A stretch of DNA of 64,000 nt from a virus (lineage: Duplodnaviria; Caudoviricetes), in IMG/VR virus record IMGVR_UViG_3300028797_000100, positions 99,721 through 163,720 of that record. One strand, given 5' to 3'. Below the pieces are notes generated by a model. That model saw nothing but the letters and a program-made list of their open reading frames with translations. It was not told the origin of the DNA and did no database searches. This document shows, in pieces, positions 18,930 through 29,289 of this stretch; the first letter of the stretch is position 1; each line of letters starts with the position of its first letter. A program made the translations under genes and the position numbers.

Positions 18930-20546
18930 TTACTCCTTTTCTCTATAATGTACACCGTAATCTATAGAGCGATATACCTTATACTTATTATCATATGCAA
19001 CGTTACCAATGTGCTGTGAACCAACTTTGATATTGAGACTACCATGTTTTTTCTGATAGTCAGAGAAAACATCATTAACCTTCTTAGAATATTCTTTCAG
19101 CGTCTTGCTAGAAAGATCAAAGTTGCCATGTACACGTTCCATTGCAACTATTGCGTTATTCTTAAAGTCTTTTATAACCGGAGCAATTAAATCTATTCTA
19201 TCCATGTCGGTGAATATCTTTGTAAAACGAGATTCAGTTTCATTGGATGTTGTTCCCAGACCGGATAATGCTATCTTAAGAACTATCGTGTCATTAGGTG
19301 GGAAGATAGTTGCACGAGCATGACCAAATATAGGTTTATATTGACCCGTACCACGAATACATTCGTCGGATATCAACCATGCATTGTATGCAATATACTT
19401 TGGAGGAATGCCAGCCTTAATACAACGACCAACGAATTCATCGAGTAATGCAATAGACTTAATTGACTTATACATTGATGCATCAATAATGCTCATGTTC
19501 TTGAATGCTGACGAGATGTAATTGAGAGATATCTGGATTCTCATCAAAAGACGAACAACCATATTCAGAGAATGGATTGTCTTTCCATCAATACCTGTTA
19601 TGTCAACATCAGTACTTGTAAACGCTTCCATATCTGTCAATAACTTTGACGCCCATGCCTGGATTTCCGTAAGTTTTGACATAGGTATCTCATAGAAATG
19701 AGATTCTGGTTTAAGGAATATCTTAACGATCCTTGACATTTTGTCAGACTTATTAAGTTCCTTCATATCTTCGGGCTTACGATCTTTAACAACCTTCAAC
19801 GCAAGAGACACAAGTTCTGTTATCTTATCACGAGTTGAATCATGAGTCATGATATGAAGAGCAACCTTTGGTGATGAATACCATTCTTTATCCTGACCAG
19901 GTATTTCAATCTCTTCACCATCAGCCTTTACATTTGTCTTAGAGAATCTTCCGAATCCGATGTATGATATTTTCAAAGTCTTTTTATCATCAGAGAAAGA
20001 TACATCTACATTACGACGTTTCAATGTTATGGTTGTACCTTTTATTTCTGATCTTGAGTCGGCAGGTATTGTTACCGTAACACCATCTTCAGTTTCCTGA
20101 TCTGGCGTAACTTCCTCCTGAACGAAGGATTCTTTTACAACCGCATCAGGTCCTTCTGGTACAATGTATTTTGGATTAACCTTTGGAACAGGCCATGCAG
20201 CAATATCGTCAGGAACATTGTTCTTTGACTTCAATACTTCTGCAGCTATAGAAGTCACAGATGCAGTTGAACCTTTACCAGTAATTTCACCTTTGTGATT
20301 TGTTATACTTGCTATGAAATTCTTTATACCTTGAACGATGTTATGGATAAAACGTTTTATGGCATTAATTATCTTTTTGATTATGCCGTCACTATTTTTA
20401 GTAGCGGCGGCATACTCAGCTTCTTCCATAATAATGCACTGTTTATCAATATAATCGACAAGAGATTCCATAACAGAAATTTCGGATTCCTGACACAATG
20501 TATTCATTGAATCAATAGAATCCAATATAGCAATTTCTGTATTCAT
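18930..20546 (-). CDS. Putative virion protein with kinase-like domain (probable pseudokinase)
   Basis: Paralog of 1318-3045. Contains VLKIA, SNETE, VAMERV, SQHIGN and SIDYG. Confidence 0.65.
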   Translation of the reverse strand: MNTEIAILDSIDSMNTLCQESEISVMESLVDYIDKQCIIMEEAEYAAATKNSDGIIKKIINAIKRFIHNIVQGIKNFIASITNHKGEITGKGSTASVTSIAAEVLKSKNNVPDDIAAWPVPKVNPKYIVPEGPDAVVKESFVQEEVTPDQETEDGVTVTIPADSRSEIKGTTITLKRRNVDVSFSDDKKTLKISYIGFGRFSKTNVKADGEEIEIPGQDKEWYSSPKVALHIMTHDSTRDKITELVSLALKVVKDRKPEDMKELNKSDKMSRIVKIFLKPESHFYEIPMSKLTEIQAWASKLLTDMEAFTSTDVDITGIDGKTIHSLNMVVRLLMRIQISLNYISSAFKNMSIIDASMYKSIKSIALLDEFVGRCIKAGIPPKYIAYNAWLISDECIRGTGQYKPIFGHARATIFPPNDTIVLKIALSGLGTTSNETESRFTKIFTDMDRIDLIAPVIKDFKNNAIVAMERVHGNFDLSSKTLKEYSKKVNDVFSDYQKKHGSLNIKVGSQHIGNVAYDNKYKVYRSIDYGVHYREKE

Positions 20547-20562
20547 TCATTAGTCACTCTCC

Positions 20563-21375
20563 TTAATCTTTATTGGCATTATTCAAGGACTTCCATCCTT
20601 CAGTATCTATACCGAACTTATGAGCACGACGTAAGATCTTTCCAGCAACTTCCTTGCGGTACTTGTTAGGTACACCACGAGGAAACATTCTTGCTGCGGC
20701 CTTAACATGTGCTTCATCATTTATAGGATACTTGCGTATCTTTTCACCAGAAGCATCCTTATATACTAATGCAAAATCAGAATCATCCAATTCTTTTCTA
20801 GTCTTAGCTTTCATTTTAGCTTCTTGGAAGAAATGATCAAATTCTGATAATGGTTCATATGATTCGTTCATTTGTTTCACATCCTTATCCCAATCTTCAA
20901 TATATGACTTGTAGAAGTCATTACTCAAAAGGAGGTCTTTCATAGTTTTGAAATCACCTCCACAAAGACGATTGCATATAGCCAACAATTTTGGATTTTC
21001 ATTAAATCCTGAATTGATATAACGTTCGATTTGTCCGTTCTCTTTTATCATGAAATTTATTTCATGATCATCAAGATTGATGTATTCATTCCAATAAGTA
21101 TCCTGAATATGATCCGTGATGTATTTCTCCCATATAGAAGCTTTATCAGAATTAAATCTAACCTTGTAGTCACCATCATCTTCAGTGATTTCAAAACCAT
21201 CTTTTTTCAAATCATATATGGAATCATCAACTCCCATTGCATATGATATGCAATTGAGATCTTTATCGGTTGCTGATTCACAATAGCAATCATCAGGATC
21301 CTTATCTTCAAAGTCGTCAACTTCTGCGGTACCAGTTGTATTGTCTTTAGTCGGTTCCATATGGTTAACCTCCAA
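20563..21375 (-). CDS. Putative virion protein, C-terminal DUF6582-like domain
   Basis: After FFQE comes RKELDDSDFAL...RKYPINDEAHVKAAARMF...ILRRAHKFGI, a pattern recognised from memory. Confidence 0.55.
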   Translation of the reverse strand: MEVNHMEPTKDNTTGTAEVDDFEDKDPDDCYCESATDKDLNCISYAMGVDDSIYDLKKDGFEITEDDGDYKVRFNSDKASIWEKYITDHIQDTYWNEYINLDDHEINFMIKENGQIERYINSGFNENPKLLAICNRLCGGDFKTMKDLLLSNDFYKSYIEDWDKDVKQMNESYEPLSEFDHFFQEAKMKAKTRKELDDSDFALVYKDASGEKIRKYPINDEAHVKAAARMFPRGVPNKYRKEVAGKILRRAHKFGIDTEGWKSLNNANKD

Positions 21376-22831
21376 GATTCATAATATTTGCAAACCTACC
21401 ACTTCTACCAGGATTGAGCATTCTAGCAAGACCCATCATTCCCATAGATGTTGCACCAGGTAAGAATTCTTCAAAAGGTTTATGGAAGAATATCATTGCT
21501 ACTAGCATAACAGTAACAGTGATAGGTCCACCAGCAATCATTGCACTAATGTCACCATTATAAGCCTTTGCATTGAAAGGACAATCTTCCCAACGGTATG
21601 TCTCTTCCTTGATGTTATCAAGAACAGCAGTACGTGTTAATGCCATAGTCTTGTTCAACTTAACACCATATTCTTTACGGAGTACAGTATCCTGATCAGA
21701 GAACTTATCAAACTCAGCATCAAGTACATCCATTTCTTTACCAAAATCCTCGATATCTCTTATAATCGCTTTTGGATTGAAGTTCACAATACCGGTGACT
21801 GCTCTAACAAGAAGATTGAATACAGTTGATACAGTAAACAAACCAATTGTTGCAGGAATAGTGATGAACTTTTCAGATCCATATATAACCGCCTTAAGAT
21901 TATCAGCAGATAAGTAATCTCTACCAGAGAGAAGATTATAACCTTTACCGAAAGTCTCAGCAAATTTCTCCAAGAGATCAATATCCATTTCAGCCTTAAT
22001 AGTATTATTACTATCGATCTTTTGTTGTGCTCGTTCTCTTGTGTAATTATCAATAGACTTAGTCTTCTTGATAGCCTTTGCATCACCAAAAGACTTACCA
22101 GTTGTAGCAATAAGACCTATCGTACTTACAGCATTCTTATCGATACCCTGGAAGTTATCATTCTTAGTGATATCATTTACAGCATCCCGTAATTTACGTA
22201 ACTCATCCTTTGATGCACCTATACATGTTACCTTAACAATGTTCTCTACATCTGTCTTACTAAGCATACGTGTGAACTTATCATCAGCGAATACTTTACG
22301 ACGAAGCTGTTTAACGAAATCCTGTACAGCTTTATCATTTGCTTTGACATTTTCGTTCAATTCCTTTTCACGAACAACTTGTCCCTTCATGTATTCCTCT
22401 TCTTCTTTTTCTTGTTCAGACTTTCTATCGAACAAACCTTCTTGGAATACTTCGGCAGATATCTGATCTTCCATGTATTCTTTGAATATATTAGAAGAGA
22501 ACATTTTGTTGAGTTCATCAACAATGAGAAGAGCATTGTAGGATTGTATGTACTTTGTCTTATTGACAGTAACACATCTCAGGAACAATCCTTTTATCTT
22601 AGCGCACACATTTTTGAAGAACAATATTACCTTTTTGAATAATGCCTTTATTGAAAAACCATTCTCACCATCCTCCATGTATATAGAGAATGATTCTTGA
22701 ATTATGTCTTCACTATAATCTTCATTAGATATTATAGCTAAAGCTTTCTCATAGCTTTCACATACAGCAATCAAGACATCTATTTCGGATCTAAATGTAA
22801 CTTCATCAATGTAGTTCAATATGTCATTCAT
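21365..22831 (-). CDS. Putative virion (head) protein
   Basis: N-terminus has the same style as the 1318 and 20546 proteins (..LNYIDE...SEIDVL...IIQES...KKVILFFKN). Confidence 0.55.
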   Translation of the reverse strand: MNDILNYIDEVTFRSEIDVLIAVCESYEKALAIISNEDYSEDIIQESFSIYMEDGENGFSIKALFKKVILFFKNVCAKIKGLFLRCVTVNKTKYIQSYNALLIVDELNKMFSSNIFKEYMEDQISAEVFQEGLFDRKSEQEKEEEEYMKGQVVREKELNENVKANDKAVQDFVKQLRRKVFADDKFTRMLSKTDVENIVKVTCIGASKDELRKLRDAVNDITKNDNFQGIDKNAVSTIGLIATTGKSFGDAKAIKKTKSIDNYTRERAQQKIDSNNTIKAEMDIDLLEKFAETFGKGYNLLSGRDYLSADNLKAVIYGSEKFITIPATIGLFTVSTVFNLLVRAVTGIVNFNPKAIIRDIEDFGKEMDVLDAEFDKFSDQDTVLRKEYGVKLNKTMALTRTAVLDNIKEETYRWEDCPFNAKAYNGDISAMIAGGPITVTVMLVAMIFFHKPFEEFLPGATSMGMMGLARMLNPGRSGRFANIMNLGG

Positions 22832-22962
22832 TTATGTTTCACTTCCTTAATAGATTTAGATTACAATGGCGTTCATAAACAAAAAGAAAAGAGAGGGAAT
22901 TGTGGGGGCCGAAGCCCCCGTTCCCGATGAGTATTAGTATATAATTCAGGAAGATCTCTGAA

Positions 22963-23241
22963 TTAGTCGAAGAATCTGCCAGGACGAGCAGGCTCGAGAG
23001 GCTTGTCATTCTTCTTGTAGCCGAGAGCGATGTCAGGTGTCTCCTCAACTTCCATTGAGAACATGCCGCTCTTGAGCTTGTTGTTTCCACCAGATACGAT
23101 AGCTTCAGGATTGAATGAAGTGAACTTCTCCTGGAACAGATCTGAGAAACCTGAATTGTTAGCGTTATAGCTTTCCTGAGTAACCTCAGCGTTGTCTTCG
23201 AAGTTGAAGCCGAGGTCATCAATTATTCTGTTATCAGCCAT
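22963..23241 (-). CDS. Small putative virion protein
   Basis: RBS aaggag; VTQES and LFQE motifs; followed by the hairpin gggggc-ttcg-gccccc. Confidence 0.6.
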   Translation of the reverse strand: MADNRIIDDLGFNFEDNAEVTQESYNANNSGFSDLFQEKFTSFNPEAIVSGGNNKLKSGMFSMEVEETPDIALGYKKNDKPLEPARPGRFFD

Positions 23242-23258
23242 TGTTAAAGACTCCTTTT

Positions 23259-24629
23259 CTATAGATTTGATTTACCATACATATCAGCAAGCAACTGATT
23301 TGCATACAGCTTGTTCATCGCAATGATGAGACGATATGTATGAGCATAGTTGATGTTTGTGAATACCAACATACGACGTTTCCAGTCGACGTAGTAACCA
23401 TCATCTATTAAACATTTGTTTTCACGCAGCTTTACCGATAGGAATACACCTACATCGATATTGTTCTCCAAGTGATGGTCTATTAGCTGATTTATTTCGT
23501 CGCTAAAGATAGCTCCGATGTATACTTCCTTTTCTCCCCAATCCAATTGTATGATCGGTCTACCTATGACTTTCCAGCCATACAGTAATGGGAAGTCCTT
23601 TTCATTCCAAACGTCCGAGAATATTGGAATAGCAATGGATCCCGGCAATGGATCTTTACGAACAAATGGACCAGGGTTAGGAACACATAAATCATATAAA
23701 CCAATTGTGTTGAACTCGCATCGCATTGTGAAAGTTATGGGATAGTCAGATTCGACTAAGTTGCTTGACTTTGTGCCATTCGAATAGCTCAAATCACCTA
23801 TGTTGCAAAGTATAGGTGAAGAATAGTGCATGTAAAATGCATCCTTATGACGTCCAGATGAGAATCTGTACGAAACAGGAAACTCACTATTCATATTTAG
23901 GTAATCAACAAACTTTGCCACACTACCATTTTCGTCCTTAACAGGTATACCTGCATGATGTGCAGTCTCCTCAAGGAATCCATCAGGTATTGCCAATTCC
24001 AAAGCAGTATCAATATCAAAAAATCCACCGTCGGTTGGGATTGTATTTATTAGGTATGAACTCCAGTTCAGCTGTTCAGCATAACTTCTGAAAGCTAAGA
24101 CAAAGTCTAACATTACAACAACTCTGTTGACCTTACCACGCCATACTATTTTCTTCTGAGGGTCGACTAATAATTCCGGCATCTCAGAGCGATTCTGAAA
24201 ACGGTTTGATGTAGAAGACCACGTCGTCGTTGCAAAGGAACCAGCAGCCAACCTATTATCCAGACCAGATAAAGATACTCTTGGATTCACAACACACAAT
24301 GGATATGCTTGTTGTCGAACTTGTTGAGGTGTATGTCTCAGTTGTCGATGTGCAATCCTTGTGGATGGAAGGACTGTTTTGAAGGTTTCGTCAGGAAACC
24401 TATCAACAATGAATTGCAACGCTATGGCTGCAACATTGCCTATGGAGTGCATCATATCTGTACCACTTCGACATGCCAATGATAATGAGTATCCATGCTC
24501 ATTACCTCGTGGAGAGAGACCATTGTATTGATACAACAATCTTCTTTCTCGGATATCATGATCTCCTAAACCCTCATTAAAATTATTGATATTACCCTTG
24601 TTTGGGTGGGTATCAGAATAATTACTCAC
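23259..24629 (-). CDS. Putative virion structural protein
   Basis: 456-aa ORF in the structural operon. Confidence 0.55.
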   Translation of the reverse strand: MSNYSDTHPNKGNINNFNEGLGDHDIRERRLLYQYNGLSPRGNEHGYSLSLACRSGTDMMHSIGNVAAIALQFIVDRFPDETFKTVLPSTRIAHRQLRHTPQQVRQQAYPLCVVNPRVSLSGLDNRLAAGSFATTTWSSTSNRFQNRSEMPELLVDPQKKIVWRGKVNRVVVMLDFVLAFRSYAEQLNWSSYLINTIPTDGGFFDIDTALELAIPDGFLEETAHHAGIPVKDENGSVAKFVDYLNMNSEFPVSYRFSSGRHKDAFYMHYSSPILCNIGDLSYSNGTKSSNLVESDYPITFTMRCEFNTIGLYDLCVPNPGPFVRKDPLPGSIAIPIFSDVWNEKDFPLLYGWKVIGRPIIQLDWGEKEVYIGAIFSDEINQLIDHHLENNIDVGVFLSVKLRENKCLIDDGYYVDWKRRMLVFTNINYAHTYRLIIAMNKLYANQLLADMYGKSNL

Positions 24630-25041
24630 TTTGAACCCTCGATATCAATACAGATAATATGTTGGTAAACTTTTCGATGTTGTATTGCTTAATGTACTTG
24701 AAGTTGAAATCCATTATTGATGGACATTTATTCAAGATCATAATAGGACGCCACATGTTAGTGGTACCATATTTATCATAAGCATACTTCTTGGGATTAC
24801 GTACATATTTCAAATCGAAATTCTCCACAGAAGAAATATCATCAATACTATTAATGATATCGAAGAACTTCAACGGAAGCTGAGATATGACTACATCCCA
24901 TTTCGAAAGATCGTTGCCTTCTATATCAGGCTCATCTGCTACCAACGTTACTGAAGAAGAGATGTTATTGAAAGTGAATAAATCTGAATTTATGTATTTT
25001 ATTAATGAGGGTACTAACGTTTTTTGATCAGATGTCATCAC
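24622..25041 (-). CDS. Baseplate wedge protein, T4 gp53-like (LysM-related)
   Basis: PKKYAYDKYGTTNMWRPIMILN resembles the gp53-family pattern A..xYG...xW.xIx.xN. Confidence 0.55.
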   Translation of the reverse strand: MMTSDQKTLVPSLIKYINSDLFTFNNISSSVTLVADEPDIEGNDLSKWDVVISQLPLKFFDIINSIDDISSVENFDLKYVRNPKKYAYDKYGTTNMWRPIMILNKCPSIMDFNFKYIKQYNIEKFTNILSVLISRVQSE

Positions 25042-25063
25042 AACGCATCATCTCCTTTCACAT

Positions 25064-25342
25064 TCATTGTATGCGAACATACATATTGAATATGTCATTA
25101 TCATCACAGACCAAAGTTGCTTTCAAGTTCCCGTCACTAACAACAGGATCACTTGAAAGGACTCGTGCAGTAACATTGAATCTATCTCCAATATCCACTG
25201 CACGAGAAGTGTACCTTGTAGATGAGAAAATAACAGAAGATATCTCTACGATATCACCATTATTAATTACGCCTTCTGTATGAATAATACAAGTTGATGT
25301 ATGCGGTATAGTGAAATCATCTCCACTGATTGACAGTAACAT
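25064..25342 (-). CDS. Hypothetical protein
   Basis: 92-aa ORF in an operon. Confidence 0.55.
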   Translation of the reverse strand: MLLSISGDDFTIPHTSTCIIHTEGVINNGDIVEISSVIFSSTRYTSRAVDIGDRFNVTARVLSSDPVVSDGNLKATLVCDDNDIFNMYVRIQ

Positions 25343-25365
25343 ATTCTTTTATCACCTTGCGATGA

Positions 25366-26337
25366 TTACTTACCTACTGCTGAGATGAGGCTGAGGAAAG
25401 CATCGCCGAATGCACCGATGAGTGTCTTGCAAGCAGCCTGGAGCTTCTTATTAACTTCAGGACACTTCTTGTTGCACTCTTCTGCAGCACCAGAAACCTT
25501 CTTCTTATCCTGTTCCTTTACAGCAGCAGAGATCTGCTTCTCTGACTTAACGCCGCCGCTCTTCTTGATGCCATCAGCTACAGCATATACTGCGAACCAA
25601 GCACACATTACCATTGCGATGTCGTTAACTGAAGCACTGTCTGTCTTCTTGAGTTTGTTATCTGCATTAACAAGAGCATCAGCAGCATTGCCGAGATTAC
25701 CAGACATATAGCTCAGTGAACGCTTACCATCCTCACTCTTTGTCTTAGCAAGAGCAGGAACGATTGCCTTTACTGAATCATTCTCATAGAATGAATCTGG
25801 TACGCTTATGCAGCAACCTTCTGCGAGGTTTGCAAAAGCCTTGATAACTGTAGCAGCTGCAGCCTTAGCTGAAGCTCCTGTAACGAATCTTTCACCTTCG
25901 AGCTGAACTGATGACTTGCCACCTGTAACAGCCTTAGCAAATGTCTTTGCATATTCCAGTGAAGGATTGATTGTAACTTTAGCGCCGCACTTCTTTGCGA
26001 GCATATTGAGAGCCTTGTTAGGAGATGTTGCCTTTTCAGCGTATTCAACAAATATACAAGCTTCCTGATAAAGGTGACGGCATGTACCGATCAACTCTCT
26101 TTCAACGGCTTCATACATGAGTTCGATAGCTTTTTCTCTATCTGTAGGAAGACCAGCATTTGTAGCTGCTTCCTGGATAACTTCTGTCATTTCAGAAGGT
26201 TCGAGAGAAGCTATATTCTTAGCTGCATCATAGATAGCTGCAGAAACATTTACCTGACCCATTGCTTCCTGGACATACGCATCGTGAACTGAAGCGTCAC
26301 CAGTCTCAAGGTCCAACATAATATCTGATACCTTCAT
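25366..26337 (-). CDS. Putative abundant head/virion protein
   Basis: Ala/Lys-rich; YVQEA, VIQEA and LYQEA motifs; RBS gaaagga. Confidence 0.55.
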   Translation of the reverse strand: MKVSDIMLDLETGDASVHDAYVQEAMGQVNVSAAIYDAAKNIASLEPSEMTEVIQEAATNAGLPTDREKAIELMYEAVERELIGTCRHLYQEACIFVEYAEKATSPNKALNMLAKKCGAKVTINPSLEYAKTFAKAVTGGKSSVQLEGERFVTGASAKAAAATVIKAFANLAEGCCISVPDSFYENDSVKAIVPALAKTKSEDGKRSLSYMSGNLGNAADALVNADNKLKKTDSASVNDIAMVMCAWFAVYAVADGIKKSGGVKSEKQISAAVKEQDKKKVSGAAEECNKKCPEVNKKLQAACKTLIGAFGDAFLSLISAVGK

Positions 26338-26447
26338 GAGTTGAATATCGTCCTTTCAAATTATAGATTTTTACAATATACCAAGCCTGGGAGCCCCTCC
26401 AGAATTAGTTATGTTGTAAATTACAAAGTTGTGGTTGTATAAAGTAA

Positions 26448-26765
26448 TTATACAGTTGGTGTATCCTTATATTTCTGAATCAATTGTTGAGCTTGCACTT
26501 TGTACTTCTCAACAAGATCAGCTTTGAGTGAACGATGATCCAAACCCAAACGAACGAGTTGTTTGAATTGTGGATCGTCTGCATTCTGTGCAAGTAACAA
26601 AGATGTTATTGCAACTGCAGTATTGTCTTTATTGGTCGGATTGAGTCTTAATGTGCTTTTAACATCAAGGCCATTCCTTTCAGTCAGATCCTGGAGTTCC
26701 TGATCTTTGTCAAGCTTCTCCATAAGAGTTTTAACTCTATTGAAGATTTGTTCTTCAGTCATCAT
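26448..26765 (-). CDS. Hypothetical protein
   Basis: RBS aaggagg. Confidence 0.7.
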   Translation of the reverse strand: MMTEEQIFNRVKTLMEKLDKDQELQDLTERNGLDVKSTLRLNPTNKDNTAVAITSLLLAQNADDPQFKQLVRLGLDHRSLKADLVEKYKVQAQQLIQKYKDTPTV

Positions 26766-26877
26766 AGAGCATGTCCTCCTTCCTTCGAGAGTTTATTATT
26801 ACGTCCGAATTACAGGAAAACGAAAAAAAAGAACCCGCGTGATTGCGGGTCCTCTTTATGTGATGCGTACAGTCCGC

Positions 26878-27192
26878 TTATGCGGCAGGATTCTGAGCTC
26901 CCTCAGGAGCGGGTGCAGGAGCAGGAGCTGTTTCCTTCTTGCCGGGAAGGATGCCCTTGATCTTGCCGAAGATGGACTTCTTAGGAGCGGGATCATTATC
27001 CTGTGCAGGAGTGATCTGTGCCTCGATGTCCTTGATCTTCTTGTTGATGTAAATCTTACCTGCGATGCCTCCGGCTACGGGAACTACCTTGAGAGCGAGA
27101 GCTGCTGCCGGATTCTTCTTCTCCCACTTAGTCACTTTCTTGTTAATCTTCTTAGCTGACTTGTTTACCTTTTTGATCATCTTGTTTGCCAT
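26878..27192 (-). CDS. Basic protein with one hydrophobic segment and a Pro-Ala tail
   Basis: RBS aaggagg; own promoter motif at 27309-27322; terminator at 26823-26856. Confidence 0.7.
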   Translation of the reverse strand: MANKMIKKVNKSAKKINKKVTKWEKKNPAAALALKVVPVAGGIAGKIYINKKIKDIEAQITPAQDNDPAPKKSIFGKIKGILPGKKETAPAPAPAPEGAQNPAA

Positions 27193-27380
27193 AAATAGGC
27201 CTCCTTATATTCTCCTATAGATACGCTATAGGTCGTCCCTTATCAGGGTGACAATGATTGGTTTTCGAATGATGAAGGAGACAGGATTATCTCCTTCTTC
27301 TTCATAATAATAATATATATTTAGAAACTTGAAATTCTAGCTCTGTAGCATACACTTTTCGGCAGCATAGATAAATTTCA

Positions 27381-27662
27381 TTAGTATGGATAGTAATCTG
27401 GTAAGTATGAAGTATCATCATTATCTGTAAAATCAATCATTATATCCGGATTATTAACGAGGAGGTCATATCTCCCTTGATTTAATAAACTGGATATCTT
27501 TTTCAGTTGTTCAAATGCCTCCACCTCTTCCTGGGTGACTAATAAAATGTCCTTTTCATAAAATGATAAAAATATTGATAATTCTTGTGCTAAAAACTTC
27601 AAAGATCTTAATGATATCTTTTTATAGTCATCTGGGTCTATCATATTTTCATATAACAGCAT
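27381..27662 (-). CDS. Hypothetical protein
   Basis: RBS aaaggag. Confidence 0.65.
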   Translation of the reverse strand: MLLYENMIDPDDYKKISLRSLKFLAQELSIFLSFYEKDILLVTQEEVEAFEQLKKISSLLNQGRYDLLVNNPDIMIDFTDNDDTSYLPDYYPY

Positions 27663-27754
27663 TATGATTTACTCCTTTCATTGAACAATTCTGAAACGAT
27701 GTTTTCATCGTTGTATTCATATTAATAAAGTATATTTTATAAAGGAGAATTTTT

Positions 27755-28195
27755 ATGTTTAACTTAGACGATACTAAAACAATCATGAGCATTATCAATC
27801 AGAGGGATACTGATGTGATGTTATTCCCTGTCTGTGTTAAGATAGATCAGAATTATTACTATATTCCATCATTAGATAAATCCGATGTAGTCGGTTCTAA
27901 TATTAAAATAGTATTTGGCTCATCTATCAATGTATTCACCAAGAAGAAATTTCCAAAGAATCTGTTACTGTTGTTTGACAATGTCAAGATGTTTAATTAC
28001 TTTGACGAAGAGAAACAGGTAGCAACAGAGTATTTCTATTTCGAATCAGGATATGTAGAAGCTGCTGGTAGTGATCCTATTAATGTAGCAGAAGAAATCA
28101 ATGGTTGGTGTGATATCTTGATTCCTTATGTAAAGAACATTATTGACAGGAATAGAAAAGAGAAAATCAAGAAGATGATGGAAGAACAATCTTGA
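27755..28195 (+). CDS. Hypothetical protein
   Basis: RBS aaaggag. Confidence 0.7.
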   Translation: MFNLDDTKTIMSIINQRDTDVMLFPVCVKIDQNYYYIPSLDKSDVVGSNIKIVFGSSINVFTKKKFPKNLLLLFDNVKMFNYFDEEKQVATEYFYFESGYVEAAGSDPINVAEEINGWCDILIPYVKNIIDRNRKEKIKKMMEEQS

Positions 28196-28297
28196 TTTCT
28201 ATTTTTCTTATTTTAGAAAATATATATACTTAATATGACGGAGTCATATTATATATAATAAAATAAGAAAGAAGATGTAAAGGAAAGGTGGATTGTA

Positions 28298-29272
28298 ATG
28301 AATAAGGAGTTATATGAGTTTAAAGAGAAGCTACTAAGTACTGGTATGTTTAAACCTGTTACTGGTAGTAATTGGTATAGACTTCGCGAATGTCCTTTCT
28401 GTGGGGATGGAAAGTGGCATATGTATGTTTGTATCAATCTCACCAGTGATGACATCGTTGGATACAACTGTTTCAAGTGTAACAAGAAAGGTGTGTTGAA
28501 TCAAAAGTTCTTGGATCACTTTGGGCTGAATGATTTGAAACTTCCGACGAATATTTCTGGTAGTAGAAGGGTTGTTGGTGATGGTAGTGTTAGTACCAAG
28601 ATACCCAATGTGAATGTCAATGAGCATGACTACATCGATGGTGTGTGTAACTATACCATGGATAGAGTTGGTCATTATCCTACACTTGGTGAATTACAAG
28701 CATTTCAGTATGTTGGTAATCCAAAGAAGTATGCAATGGAGTATCTTGGTATAGATGACATCAATAATATAAGGAATCGTTTTTGGTTCCAGATGACAAA
28801 CGGTAATATTATTGGTAGATTTCATAATGATAATACAGAGATGCGGTGGTTGAAGTATAAGACCAACAAGTGTAAGACTACCGGGTTATATAAAATCTCC
28901 GTACCTGTCGATCTTGGTTCAGACATCAATGTTCTTATCAGTGAAGGAATATATGATTCGATTGGTTTGTATTATAATTGGCATGGGACTACGAATAATA
29001 TATACATCTCCGTCATGGGTCAAGACTATCTGAAGGGTATCAAGTATATACTCAACAAGGGTATCTTTGGTAAGAGTGTTAATATCTTGATATTCAAAGA
29101 TGCGGACATTGATATCAACAAGATATTCATTCCGTATATGTTGAAGAAGATGTTTAAGAGTGTCAACATTTATGAGAATGCTTTATCGAAGGATTTTGGT
29201 GTCAAAGAGGAATTGTACGATGTATGTAAAGTCGTACGCAGAACCAACAACTATGATGGAGGGTTGTATTAA
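28298..29272 (+). CDS. DNA primase (Zn-ribbon + Toprim)
   Basis: CPFCGD...H...CFKC zinc finger; Toprim motifs ISEGIYDS, FKDAD and KDFG. Confidence 0.8.
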   Translation: MNKELYEFKEKLLSTGMFKPVTGSNWYRLRECPFCGDGKWHMYVCINLTSDDIVGYNCFKCNKKGVLNQKFLDHFGLNDLKLPTNISGSRRVVGDGSVSTKIPNVNVNEHDYIDGVCNYTMDRVGHYPTLGELQAFQYVGNPKKYAMEYLGIDDINNIRNRFWFQMTNGNIIGRFHNDNTEMRWLKYKTNKCKTTGLYKISVPVDLGSDINVLISEGIYDSIGLYYNWHGTTNNIYISVMGQDYLKGIKYILNKGIFGKSVNILIFKDADIDINKIFIPYMLKKMFKSVNIYENALSKDFGVKEELYDVCKVVRRTNNYDGGLY

Positions 29273-29289
29273 CGAAAGGAGAATGACTT

